DNA of 64,000 nt from the IMG/VR virus record IMGVR_UViG_3300028549_001428, one strand, 5' to 3'. Positions within the stretch are counted from its first letter, which is position 1, and each line of letters begins with the position of its first letter. The DNA comes from a virus. Its lineage: Duplodnaviria > Heunggongvirae > Uroviricota > Caudoviricetes. Below the pieces are notes generated by a model, which ran no database searches, was not told the DNA's origin, and was given only the letters and a program-made list of their open reading frames with translations. This document shows, in pieces, positions 19,566 to 28,569 of this stretch. The position numbers and the translations under genes were made by a program.

Positions 19566-19658
19566 TGGGTTGAATAGGATTCGAACCTATCTACTGCGAG
19601 TCCATACGGCAATTTGGTAAAGCAGGGAGGATTTACAGTCCTCTGCCGTTATCAACCC
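19566..19658 (-). tRNA. tRNA-Tyr(GTA), non-canonical (no D-arm, enlarged variable region)
   Basis: GGGTTGA/TCAACCC-A acceptor, GAGGA-CTGTAAA-TCCTC, ATAGG-TTCGAAT-CCTAT; only 8 nt between acceptor and anticodon stems. Confidence 0.75.
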
Positions 19659-19668
19659 AAAAATTTAG

Positions 19669-19776
19669 TGGGGGACAGTGGATTCGAACCACCATAGTAA
19701 GTTACATATTACGTAATTTTTTCACCTACACGTATGTCACCCATACGCCACGCTAACCAATATCGTGCTGTACCCC
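19669..19776 (-). ncRNA. tRNA-like RNA with aberrant anticodon loop and ~37-nt variable region
   Basis: Acceptor GGGGTAC/GTCCCCC, D-arm CACG..CGTG, CGTATG-GGTGA-CATACG, T-arm GGTGG-TTCGAAT-CCACT. Confidence 0.6.
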
Positions 19777-19831
19777 GTATTGTAAAATCAACTCTCATAT
19801 CGCTAGTATATAAGTCTCCACTTTGCAAAAC

Positions 19832-19860
19832 AAAAAACCCACTTCTTGTGGAAGTGGGCT
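19832..19860 (-). terminator. Attenuator terminator upstream of the Tyr/CAT/Lys/Phe tRNA operon
   Basis: AGCCCACTTC-CACAA-GAAGTGGGTT-TTTT. Confidence 0.85.
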
Positions 19861-19896
19861 TTATAACTTTTGTCATACGCATTTTACGTATATAAG

Positions 19897-19968
19897 TTAT
19901 CGCATCACACTTCCTTTCGGAGTTGTTTTTATAAATCGATAATACTTATATATACGTTTCATGTTCAT
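19897..19968 (-). CDS. Leader peptide MNMKRIYKYYRFIKTTPKGSVMR
   Basis: ATG 7 nt after the -10 box; K/Y/I(ATA)/F/R-rich control segment; 3' part complementary to the terminator arm. Confidence 0.75.
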   Translation of the reverse strand: MNMKRIYKYYRFIKTTPKGSVMR

Positions 19969-19974
19969 ACCTTT

Positions 19975-20002
19975 AATATAGTTCTTTTTTGTTGTTTGTC
20001 AA
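19975..20002 (-). promoter_or_regulatory. sigma70-type promoter of the second tRNA operon
   Basis: TTGACA-16 nt-TATATT; shares AAAAAAGAACTATATTAA with the Gln-operon promoter. Confidence 0.8.
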
Positions 20003-20095
20003 AACTTTTTTCAGATTTCTTAAAATTTCTTTTTCAAGTTCTCTGATATGGTTAATATAGTAAATTTCGTTTCAGTTGTCAATCTTTTTTTTTTC

Positions 20096-20288
20096 AAAAA
20101 TAACGACATGGATACAGTACATTCCTTTAGACACCACAAGTTCTCATTGGTTAGAGAACTAGGAACTCTTAGCCTTGTCAAGCATGGGATACTTTCTCGA
20201 TTTCTACTACACGGGATTTCACCGCCACTCCTTACAACTCGTCCATAGAGTCATAAAGTTTTCGATCACCGACCATATCCATGTCGTT
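20096..20288 (-). ncRNA. Unidentified ~190-nt structured RNA
   Basis: Predicted TSS coincides with a 17-bp terminal stem AACGACATGGATATGGT/ACTGTATCCATGTCGTT followed by a U-tract; internal hairpins. Confidence 0.7.
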
Positions 20289-20294
20289 AAGAGT

Positions 20295-20323
20295 AATATA
20301 GTAATTCAAGTAACGAATGTCAA
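20295..20323 (-). promoter_or_regulatory. sigma70-type promoter of the ncRNA
   Basis: TTGACA-17 nt-TATATT. Confidence 0.85.
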
Positions 20324-20331
20324 TACTTTTT

Positions 20332-22053
20332 TTAAAGATTTTTTATTTCTTTCCAGTGCATGTGTTCAGCATATGCTTCTGGGTCTGATTCTTTCAAGTA
20401 TTCTTCATATTCAGCATCATATCGATCACTTTCAGCTTTTTGATAATCATAAGCCATTGAGGTCAATTTATCTTCTTTAGCGTTTCGTTTAGCTTCTTTA
20501 GCTTTTGCTTCTGGTGTATATCGTAGCATATCCTTTTCCTGATCCCTAATATCATCAGCATTCATTTTAATGCGAAGTATATCATCATTTGAATATACAT
20601 CAAAATCATATTTAGCAATACCATTAAGTCTGTTATTTGTTAAAAATACTTTCTTGTTTTTATCACTCATTGCTTTAAACATGGATATGATAGCCATGAT
20701 TAGTCGTTCTCTGGTTGATTCTGGTTTTGGATATTTGTATTCTGGATAGAATCCCTGACCTTCCATAATACCTGCATCATCTTCCATCTTTTTAAGTCTA
20801 TCATAATAATCAGGAATTTCTGCTTCATGATCCTTTGCAATTTCATATGCTATTTCTGGATTATTAGTGTGTTCAGATTCTACATCTATACCCATATCTA
20901 ATTGATCTTCAATGTCCTCTACAGGGAGTCCATGCTTCTTTGCGATATCTTCTGGTGTCATTCCATCGGCTCTACCACCAATAAGATGTTCCTCGGTTTC
21001 AACCGATTCAAATCTTCCTTTAGGTTTTGAATAGTGTTCTTTCATAACTTGTTCTGTGAAGCCAGCATCACGTAACATCAATTCACCACGACATTTACCA
21101 TATGATCCAATTCGTGTCATATCACCGCCTAACAAGCCCATAGTACCCATTAGATCAAACATACCACTAACGAATTCATTCTCCCATAACGGTTGTATTT
21201 GCTCTTGTGTTAAGTAACGAGGACTTCTGCTATTACCACGAGTTTCCGCTTCATATGTCAGTATAGCTTGACAATAAAATTTAAATGGTATTCCAAGTAA
21301 TCTTTCAAATTCTTTTGGCGTTATTTTATCAACTTTATCACTTATTACCCATAGATCTTCTGGATCGCTATCATATACTTTAGCAACTACGCCTGATTGT
21401 TGTATATATCCATCAGCTTCAACTCCATTCTGCGCAATACCTTTAGCATTTTTAGGTAATTTCAGTACTTTATCATTTCCTAAATCGAATACGGTACGAG
21501 AACTACCAGTACCTAACTGTGGTAATTTTGATTTAGCATACTTAACACGTGATGCAAAACTAGGTAATGTTTTAAATGTTTTTACATCGAAAGGTTCGGA
21601 TGCGGTTGATGCCTCAAAGCCTTCAATTAATATATTATATAAAGTATCATTTACATTTGGTTGTAATGATTCTAAAAAATTGCGTAGTAGTGTATACGTT
21701 GTTTCCATTATAGGTTCCTCTGCTTGTCGTATCATCGAATTTGATATTCTAAAATCTTTATTTCGTCCCTTATTTGGTTTAAATCCCAATCCACCGTAAA
21801 ACTTTTTTAATTTTCCAATCTTACCACCGAAATCCTTAGATGGTGATAAAGAAACTGGTTTATGTACTGCATTGGCATATGTAATGATATCATTCATTAT
21901 TTTTGTACCAATGCCTTGATTTCTATGTTCAGGATTAACAACAATTCTAGAAACATCTACACTTGTTCTACCATCCCAAACGAATAAATCAGCAACCTCT
22001 TTATATTTATTCTTGATATCATCTAAGGTCATATTAACTCTCGTCATATTCAA
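20332..22053 (-). CDS. Polyvalent protein: GNAT acetyltransferase + kinase-like domain + DUF5661-like domain
   Basis: 'VNPEHRNQGIGTKIM..FYGGLGF'; 'LGTGSSRTVF..KVLKL'; 'GIDVESEHT..EIAKDH..EIPDYY'. Confidence 0.65.
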   Translation of the reverse strand: MNMTRVNMTLDDIKNKYKEVADLFVWDGRTSVDVSRIVVNPEHRNQGIGTKIMNDIITYANAVHKPVSLSPSKDFGGKIGKLKKFYGGLGFKPNKGRNKDFRISNSMIRQAEEPIMETTYTLLRNFLESLQPNVNDTLYNILIEGFEASTASEPFDVKTFKTLPSFASRVKYAKSKLPQLGTGSSRTVFDLGNDKVLKLPKNAKGIAQNGVEADGYIQQSGVVAKVYDSDPEDLWVISDKVDKITPKEFERLLGIPFKFYCQAILTYEAETRGNSRSPRYLTQEQIQPLWENEFVSGMFDLMGTMGLLGGDMTRIGSYGKCRGELMLRDAGFTEQVMKEHYSKPKGRFESVETEEHLIGGRADGMTPEDIAKKHGLPVEDIEDQLDMGIDVESEHTNNPEIAYEIAKDHEAEIPDYYDRLKKMEDDAGIMEGQGFYPEYKYPKPESTRERLIMAIISMFKAMSDKNKKVFLTNNRLNGIAKYDFDVYSNDDILRIKMNADDIRDQEKDMLRYTPEAKAKEAKRNAKEDKLTSMAYDYQKAESDRYDAEYEEYLKESDPEAYAEHMHWKEIKNL

Positions 22054-23359
22054 TTATAATATTCGGAACGGTTTGACCTACTGTGCTATCACCTCTCACT
22101 TCAAGCTGTAGAAACACATAATCAGTTTCACCAGCAGCCATAGGGTTACTAATACCACCATTCACTGTATTTATGTTATAATTACCTACTAAACATGTTC
22201 TAGTGTTTGTTATAGTATTGCCATATCCAAGATTGTATACTGATTGATATCCTACTATAACATAACCTGCTTCGGCTACTGCAACTGGATCTACTGTAAC
22301 AACTTCATTAACAGTACCACCATTTTCAACGGTAATGCCATTTATAACAATTTCTCGTTCTACATTAGCAATAACACTTGTGCTATTATTTAAAAATCTT
22401 ATTGGATCAGTATCGCCATTGACATTTATAAATCTATAAATTTTATTTTCATCAAAATTTATACTTGGATTCTTACTTCCATTTAAATAATATACTTTAG
22501 AACCGCTTGATAGTGTTCTAACTTCTACTGTATATTCTTCTGTTGTTGCTGGTGTAACTGACAGGTCAATCCATGTAATGGTGTAACCCATGTTTACATT
22601 GGTTGAATTTCCGTATTTAAGTCCACTTGGGTAAGCAAGTAATAATGCAGAGGTTGCATTTATTGTAACTACACGCTCACCACTCACTGTGCTAACTACA
22701 ATATCAGATGAAACAACTGGTAAATTAGTAACTGCATCGTATACCGTAAATGTAACAGCACCATTTGTTTTATCGATAAATTGATATGAATTTCCTACAA
22801 TAATAGGTACGTCAATCTGGCGTTCATTATTTAAATACATTAAATTACCAACACCAATATCATGTATGGTTATGTTGTAATTTAATACAGGTAATTTTTC
22901 ATCTACATATTGACCACTATTTCCATTAACTCTTAATAGAAATGGACTTTCCTTCGAGTAATTCCATACATCATTAACTGCAACCAATGATTTAGAATTA
23001 GTTGGTTTAGCATATGATCTACTATTACCTACATATAATTTAGGTACTTTATCATCTGTTGGTCTTGCTGTTTCTGGATATAATCTAATATGACTTAATT
23101 GATTGGACGGTGGTGTTTTTAATACTAACTTAAATATTGACTCAAATGAGTATGCCGTAGCATCTGGTTCATCTGGTCTATACACACAATAAGTATTTGC
23201 ATCTGATTTATCATCCGATGGCACTACACCATTACTTCCAACGCTTTGATATACGGCAGGTACTGCGGCATCTATTCGTTTGATTCCAATGCTAGTTACA
23301 GGAGTGCCAAATGCACTATCCTTTCCAGTATATTTATAAATTTGAAATGTTGCTGCCAT
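22034..23359 (-). CDS. Virion structural protein
   Basis: Beta-rich; co-oriented downstream of the neck gene. Confidence 0.5.
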   Translation of the reverse strand: MAATFQIYKYTGKDSAFGTPVTSIGIKRIDAAVPAVYQSVGSNGVVPSDDKSDANTYCVYRPDEPDATAYSFESIFKLVLKTPPSNQLSHIRLYPETARPTDDKVPKLYVGNSRSYAKPTNSKSLVAVNDVWNYSKESPFLLRVNGNSGQYVDEKLPVLNYNITIHDIGVGNLMYLNNERQIDVPIIVGNSYQFIDKTNGAVTFTVYDAVTNLPVVSSDIVVSTVSGERVVTINATSALLLAYPSGLKYGNSTNVNMGYTITWIDLSVTPATTEEYTVEVRTLSSGSKVYYLNGSKNPSINFDENKIYRFINVNGDTDPIRFLNNSTSVIANVEREIVINGITVENGGTVNEVVTVDPVAVAEAGYVIVGYQSVYNLGYGNTITNTRTCLVGNYNINTVNGGISNPMAAGETDYVFLQLEVRGDSTVGQTVPNIIIEYDES

Positions 23360-23370
23360 ACATGCTCCAA

Positions 23371-24111
23371 TTACATATCTAAATCGGTTAATATAAATGG
23401 TGTAGCCGATTCATCACGTATCATCTTCAACAACTCAGCATATCGCTTTGTTGCATCATCTAATAATTTCTGACCATTGACTTTACCACCACCAGGTAAT
23501 TGATAATCATCACGTGATAATACTTTACCCCATAAAATTTCTACACGAGCTACTACAAAGTCACGGAATAATGGGTTAGCGAATATTTCAGCCATTGCAG
23601 CCTTTCTATAAATTCTACATAACGCAACTCTATCACTTCTAGGCGTAGGAACTATTCTTAATCTATGTGCCTGTGCATGGAACTGTACTTGATATTGCAC
23701 ACCAACTAATTTTTGAACGTCAGCTAGGTATCTCATAGCACCTGTATAGGTGACTAAATCAAATTGTGACCATCCAGTGGTTGCAACTAATGACTCTCCA
23801 GCACCTACGTCAAAAGCCGTCCACGGTGTGAATCCATTACCAAATGAAGGTGCTACATCTATAATATCAGTTACTTCTTCGGGTACGTCATACTCAATGA
23901 TACCAGCTTTCAATCTAAGTACCATCCAATCATGGAATGATCCCTCATCTTGATTCTCTCTTACGAACCAATCTAAGCAGTTTTGAATTGCTAAATGAAT
24001 ATGTCCTAATCCATTTTTTTCTTCTAATTCTAATTCAATTTCCAAAACTGGATGACCCAATTCTGCTTTGACATATTCAACCATGTCATCACGGGTAATA
24101 TATGAATACAT
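23371..24111 (-). CDS. gp13: Neck protein, gp13-like
   Basis: 'YVKAELGHPVLEIEL', 'WGKVLS...QLPGGGKVNGQKL'. Confidence 0.8.
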   Translation of the reverse strand: MYSYITRDDMVEYVKAELGHPVLEIELELEEKNGLGHIHLAIQNCLDWFVRENQDEGSFHDWMVLRLKAGIIEYDVPEEVTDIIDVAPSFGNGFTPWTAFDVGAGESLVATTGWSQFDLVTYTGAMRYLADVQKLVGVQYQVQFHAQAHRLRIVPTPRSDRVALCRIYRKAAMAEIFANPLFRDFVVARVEILWGKVLSRDDYQLPGGGKVNGQKLLDDATKRYAELLKMIRDESATPFILTDLDM

Positions 24112-24136
24112 AATAAACTATTTCCTTTTTTATAGT

Positions 24137-27100
24137 TTATAAAATATCGCTTGCTTTAGGCATTCTATTCTTTTTCAATAATTCAATTGTCTTCTCAATC
24201 TTATTACTTACTTGAATAGCTTCTATAGTTGGCTTTTCTTTAGTTAATAAAGCCTTTCTAGCACCTACTTGCTGTGATGTTGATACTAATTTTTCGAATA
24301 CCGACTCACTTAAACTTGTTTTGCTATCTGGTTCCACATCTTCAATATTTGCACCAGCACCCTTAACAGTACCATCAGGGTCGGTTTTCTTATTATTGAT
24401 ATCTATTCGTGCATACATATCTCTTAATTGAGGGAATGTCAATAGATCCTGTGTATTTATTACACCAAATTCATTTTCTAATAAGTCATACTGTTTAAAG
24501 TTAGGTGAATTGTAGAAACTATCATATAAGAATTTTATCTTTAAATTATTGAAATTATCCAATATCTTCTTATATTCTTCATATAGTTGATCTGCAATCA
24601 ATGCATGCATGATTCTAGCATCACTAGACTGTGGATTGCCATTATCATCATAACCATCAATAACAGCAATATCGGTTTTGATTGTTATTATATCAGCATC
24701 ATTTTCACTTACAAATTTACCATCTTGATATTGTCCAAATTGAACCGAATTAAAATCAATTTGTTTCTGACCGAATGTATTACCATTACCTTCTCTATGA
24801 GTTGATCTAGCATCCAATATAAATGTAGTCAATTTTCCATCATATAGAGTTATATAAGAACCATCACTAAAATCATCTATACTTATTTTTATATCATAAT
24901 AAAAATCACCTAAATATGATTTAACAAATTTTATTGGATCGGTCTTATAATATCTACTTACGATATTAGAATATCTATCAATATAATCACCAGATAACAA
25001 CCCTCTACTCGCACTATAGTTACCTATTAGAGAATTGAATACAACTAATTGGTTAAATGACTTAGGATTACTTGCTTTCCATTCAGATACCAATTTTCTG
25101 CCCATCAAATCAGTACCATTCGCATTCATTTTAGACTGCACCAACATTAAGAATTCTTTAACATCCTTTAATATCAAGTTATTAGGAATATTGAAATTAG
25201 TAATCTTATTAGGATCAACCCATATTTCGTTATTTATATTTATTCCATTAGTTAATGAATTATTGCCTTTTAATATATATGGATCATTCGATGTTAAGTA
25301 AGTATCGGTAGTAGCTATATATCCCATTTCGGTAACATTTACGTAAGAATTAGCAACCACAGGATCATACTGTAGGTATGCACTGTCTCTAAACTTTAAT
25401 GCATCTTTGTGATTTACACCTATAGGTAAGAATTCCCATACAAATATATCTGGACCAGTTACTAACTGACCACACCAGACTACATTCATTGAAGTTCCAT
25501 AATCACCTAATCTACAACCTTCAACAAAGGCTTCTGCAATATTAAGTAACTTCTTCATATCAGCACTGCCATCAAGAATAGGAGTTACTAAATCAGCTTC
25601 AGTTATTCTAATTTTTACAGCCAATCCATAATTATGCCATGACAAGAAACTACTTACAGAACCACCCAGTTGTAATTTTTCCTGATCGTCAAATGATCTA
25701 GTGGTTTCTATTAAATGCACTCGATTTTTACCAAATTGATTATTTAGTATCTGCATTAAGAATTGCACTTTATTGTATATATCTATACCACCACGCAAAT
25801 CACTAATTGATTTACTTGATTTATGGAATATTTCCCATCCAACTATATCATCATTCAATACAATATTACCACCATAATCTAATGTATAGTCACCGTTACG
25901 GTTTTTATTAGCATATTGTCCTTGATCGAATGGACCAAATTCAGAAAATACTTTCTTTCTTAATTCACCATCATATGGTAAATGAGGCATTGCATATTTT
26001 ATCGTTATGTTTCTTGGTTCATCTGGTTCTTTTGAATTGTCAAATGGTAATATAATCGTATCTAGATTACCTGTAGTTGTTGTGTATGCCGCAAATGAAG
26101 CTGTATCAACCGTAAATGCTATGTGAGTGGAATCTTGTATAGTACCAGAAAATGAGCCATTTCCATTAGCGTTATCGCAATTAGATATAGTGAATGATAC
26201 AGTCTCAGGGAATGGTTTAGTATTCATTATATTCACAGGAATTGCTTTACTTAATGTAACATTTACGGCATTTCCATTAGCTGTTAGTGAGGAAAATGCA
26301 ATGTTAACATCATTATTTTTTCCTAGTGGTTTGTCATTTTTTCTATATTTTTCGTATGTATTTGTATCTACAAAATTTACTTCCACCCAACGAACACCAA
26401 GATCAACACGCACATATACAGTTCGTTTTCTACCGAAAATGTTTTTACGTCTTACTTTCTTTCGTTTAGTTCCCATATACACAGGAATTAATAATCTGCA
26501 TAAACGCTTATCATAAGTGAAGGCAGAATCTAACACAGGTCCCATTGGATCTGTATCATCATCTCCGTCTCTAACAAACTGTCTACTTGGGAATACAGAT
26601 TCATTAGTATAATGTTGATACCAGCGTATTCGTTTAATTATAGCATTTAACGCTTTCAAACTATCTTTGGAATTGCTTATACTCTCAAGCGATAAAGCCA
26701 TAAGCGCAGCTCCAACACCCATTGATATAAATGAAGTTGCTACAATAGCCGAAACTCTATTTATTTGTTTCTTTATTTTTGGTAATGTATCTATTATTTC
26801 ATTAATATTCACTTCATCAGGCAGTATATATTCCATTTGATGTATTTTTCTATCATCTTTGGTCATTGCTTGATTAACACCGTTATCCTCATAGTATGAC
26901 CATAAGGTTTTGGTGTATGTAATACCTTTGTATACATATGGTGTATTATCAACAACAGATTCAGCACTACCATCAAATTGCATCGTAATGGCATCATATG
27001 AATTATCTGTTGGTACTATTGGTTTTTTTATTAATCCTAAATCTTCATCATCAACAAATGAATTAACCAACATGCTTGAATTTATTGCCTTAAATAACTC

Positions 27101-28015
27101 ACGTAGTTCACTAACAAAGTCATCATATAACTCTTCGGCTGGTGTATAATATGATTTGAATACTTCTTTAATTGATAAATTAAATGGTGTTATATCATTT
27201 GCTGTTAAATTATCCATCCCACCATCTGCAATTTTTCGATTTATAAAATCAGGTGCAAGTGCTCTACTAAAGTAAAAATTATAAAATGGATAAATTTGCG
27301 TGTAATTTTTATCACGTCCATTTTCATCTTCTTCAGCATTATATTCTTTAACTACTACCTCAACACCATTTTCCATTAGTCGTTCTGTTAATTGATTTAA
27401 CGAACTATAGAATTTTTTTCTGGTTAGACACCCACGATATTTAGTATCAGATACGTCTAGATCGGTTTTTAACGCAACGAAATCACCATTAGGATAATTG
27501 AACCCATTACTAATATTCAATTTATTGTTTGAGAATAACCCTAAAGCAGCAAATACACCCTTTTCAATAATAGGCTCTGTATTATTAGCGAATCGTAAAT
27601 GTCTTGGTATTATACCAGCATACACATTATCGTACAAATTTAAAACTGATGGATTTTGATTTTGAGTAAAGTCGATTAGTTCATTTTCTACTACATTTTC
27701 ACCTATAAGTCTATAATAGACTACTTTATTACCAGATTCATCCAGCGTATACTCACCATTATCATCTTTTGGGTTATAGGAAAATACCCCAGAGGTAATT
27801 GTATCTGTTGATGGTGGTGTTGATGCATATGTGTATATATAGTTGATGTTCTCATCAACTATTTCAGATAATTCAACCTCAGAAATCTCATTATTTTCAT
27901 CTTTTTCTAATATAGAGGCATCTGTTTTAACCTCAAGATCACTTAAATTAATCTTGACATCATTTTTTATCTTCTTTCCTTTGGGGAAATCATAGTAATC
28001 AAAATCTATATTCAC
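24137..28015 (-). CDS. Large virion protein with M15-like peptidase domain
   Basis: 'ETTRSFDDQEKL...SWHNYGLAV'; late promoter at 28036-28044. Confidence 0.55.
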   Translation of the reverse strand: MNIDFDYYDFPKGKKIKNDVKINLSDLEVKTDASILEKDENNEISEVELSEIVDENINYIYTYASTPPSTDTITSGVFSYNPKDDNGEYTLDESGNKVVYYRLIGENVVENELIDFTQNQNPSVLNLYDNVYAGIIPRHLRFANNTEPIIEKGVFAALGLFSNNKLNISNGFNYPNGDFVALKTDLDVSDTKYRGCLTRKKFYSSLNQLTERLMENGVEVVVKEYNAEEDENGRDKNYTQIYPFYNFYFSRALAPDFINRKIADGGMDNLTANDITPFNLSIKEVFKSYYTPAEELYDDFVSELRELFKAINSSMLVNSFVDDEDLGLIKKPIVPTDNSYDAITMQFDGSAESVVDNTPYVYKGITYTKTLWSYYEDNGVNQAMTKDDRKIHQMEYILPDEVNINEIIDTLPKIKKQINRVSAIVATSFISMGVGAALMALSLESISNSKDSLKALNAIIKRIRWYQHYTNESVFPSRQFVRDGDDDTDPMGPVLDSAFTYDKRLCRLLIPVYMGTKRKKVRRKNIFGRKRTVYVRVDLGVRWVEVNFVDTNTYEKYRKNDKPLGKNNDVNIAFSSLTANGNAVNVTLSKAIPVNIMNTKPFPETVSFTISNCDNANGNGSFSGTIQDSTHIAFTVDTASFAAYTTTTGNLDTIILPFDNSKEPDEPRNITIKYAMPHLPYDGELRKKVFSEFGPFDQGQYANKNRNGDYTLDYGGNIVLNDDIVGWEIFHKSSKSISDLRGGIDIYNKVQFLMQILNNQFGKNRVHLIETTRSFDDQEKLQLGGSVSSFLSWHNYGLAVKIRITEADLVTPILDGSADMKKLLNIAEAFVEGCRLGDYGTSMNVVWCGQLVTGPDIFVWEFLPIGVNHKDALKFRDSAYLQYDPVVANSYVNVTEMGYIATTDTYLTSNDPYILKGNNSLTNGININNEIWVDPNKITNFNIPNNLILKDVKEFLMLVQSKMNANGTDLMGRKLVSEWKASNPKSFNQLVVFNSLIGNYSASRGLLSGDYIDRYSNIVSRYYKTDPIKFVKSYLGDFYYDIKISIDDFSDGSYITLYDGKLTTFILDARSTHREGNGNTFGQKQIDFNSVQFGQYQDGKFVSENDADIITIKTDIAVIDGYDDNGNPQSSDARIMHALIADQLYEEYKKILDNFNNLKIKFLYDSFYNSPNFKQYDLLENEFGVINTQDLLTFPQLRDMYARIDINNKKTDPDGTVKGAGANIEDVEPDSKTSLSESVFEKLVSTSQQVGARKALLTKEKPTIEAIQVSNKIEKTIELLKKNRMPKASDIL

Positions 28016-28047
28016 ATCAAATCCATTATTTTCTATAGTTTATACTA

Positions 28048-28569
28048 TTATTCACCTGAATTTCCGTCCCACCTAGCTTGATTTAGGGTATAATTGGATT
28101 CTTCAGAGTTATCGAATTGATATAATATCTCATCATTCAGCGGCATCATGCATTTACTTCTCTCATTACTCTTTTTCCAGCTTTGTCTAAATGCGTTTGT
28201 TACTATCATACCTATGTAATAATATGGATCGTTATTTTGTGATGTTTCCAGTGATTTTACACTATCATAATTATGTACATATCTAAGTACATGCTCAGTG
28301 GCTTTTCCTTTCATATCTTCTTTCCAATCATCTGTGTAACTTCGCCATCTGAAATTACCTAGAGTTTTATCTATTATCAACAATGCAATTTGAGCTAACT
28401 CTCTCGGCATTGGAAATGTAATATCTAGACTTCTCTTAAATTTGTATGCCATTATCAAATCAGATAAATATTCTTTATCGATTCGCCCATTCTTCATCGC
28501 ATTAAAACGTTGAAGTGGTGTCATTACCGATTGTTCTGCTTCTATTTCAGATTTCTTGCGTCTTGCCAT
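28048..28569 (-). CDS. gp55: Late-transcription sigma factor, gp55-like
   Basis: 'SYTDDWKEDM...RYVHNYD...DPYYYIGMIVTNAF'. Confidence 0.8.
   Translation of the reverse strand: MARRKKSEIEAEQSVMTPLQRFNAMKNGRIDKEYLSDLIMAYKFKRSLDITFPMPRELAQIALLIIDKTLGNFRWRSYTDDWKEDMKGKATEHVLRYVHNYDSVKSLETSQNNDPYYYIGMIVTNAFRQSWKKSNERSKCMMPLNDEILYQFDNSEESNYTLNQARWDGNSGE

Noticed and set aside
20096-20288. 6S RNA or cobalamin riboswitch identity for the ncRNA
   Set aside because: Multibranched rather than a rod with a central bubble; no B12 box recognised and no downstream CDS
20428-20437. 10-nt match (AGCTGAAAGT, minus strand) to the stand-alone guide
   Set aside because: Followed by GATC rather than an ATGA-like TAM, and the distal guide mismatches
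20048-20480. ORFs 20048..20248 and 20175..20480 (+)
   Set aside because: Antisense to the promoter-defined ncRNA and the polyvalent gene; no RBS or recognisable motifs
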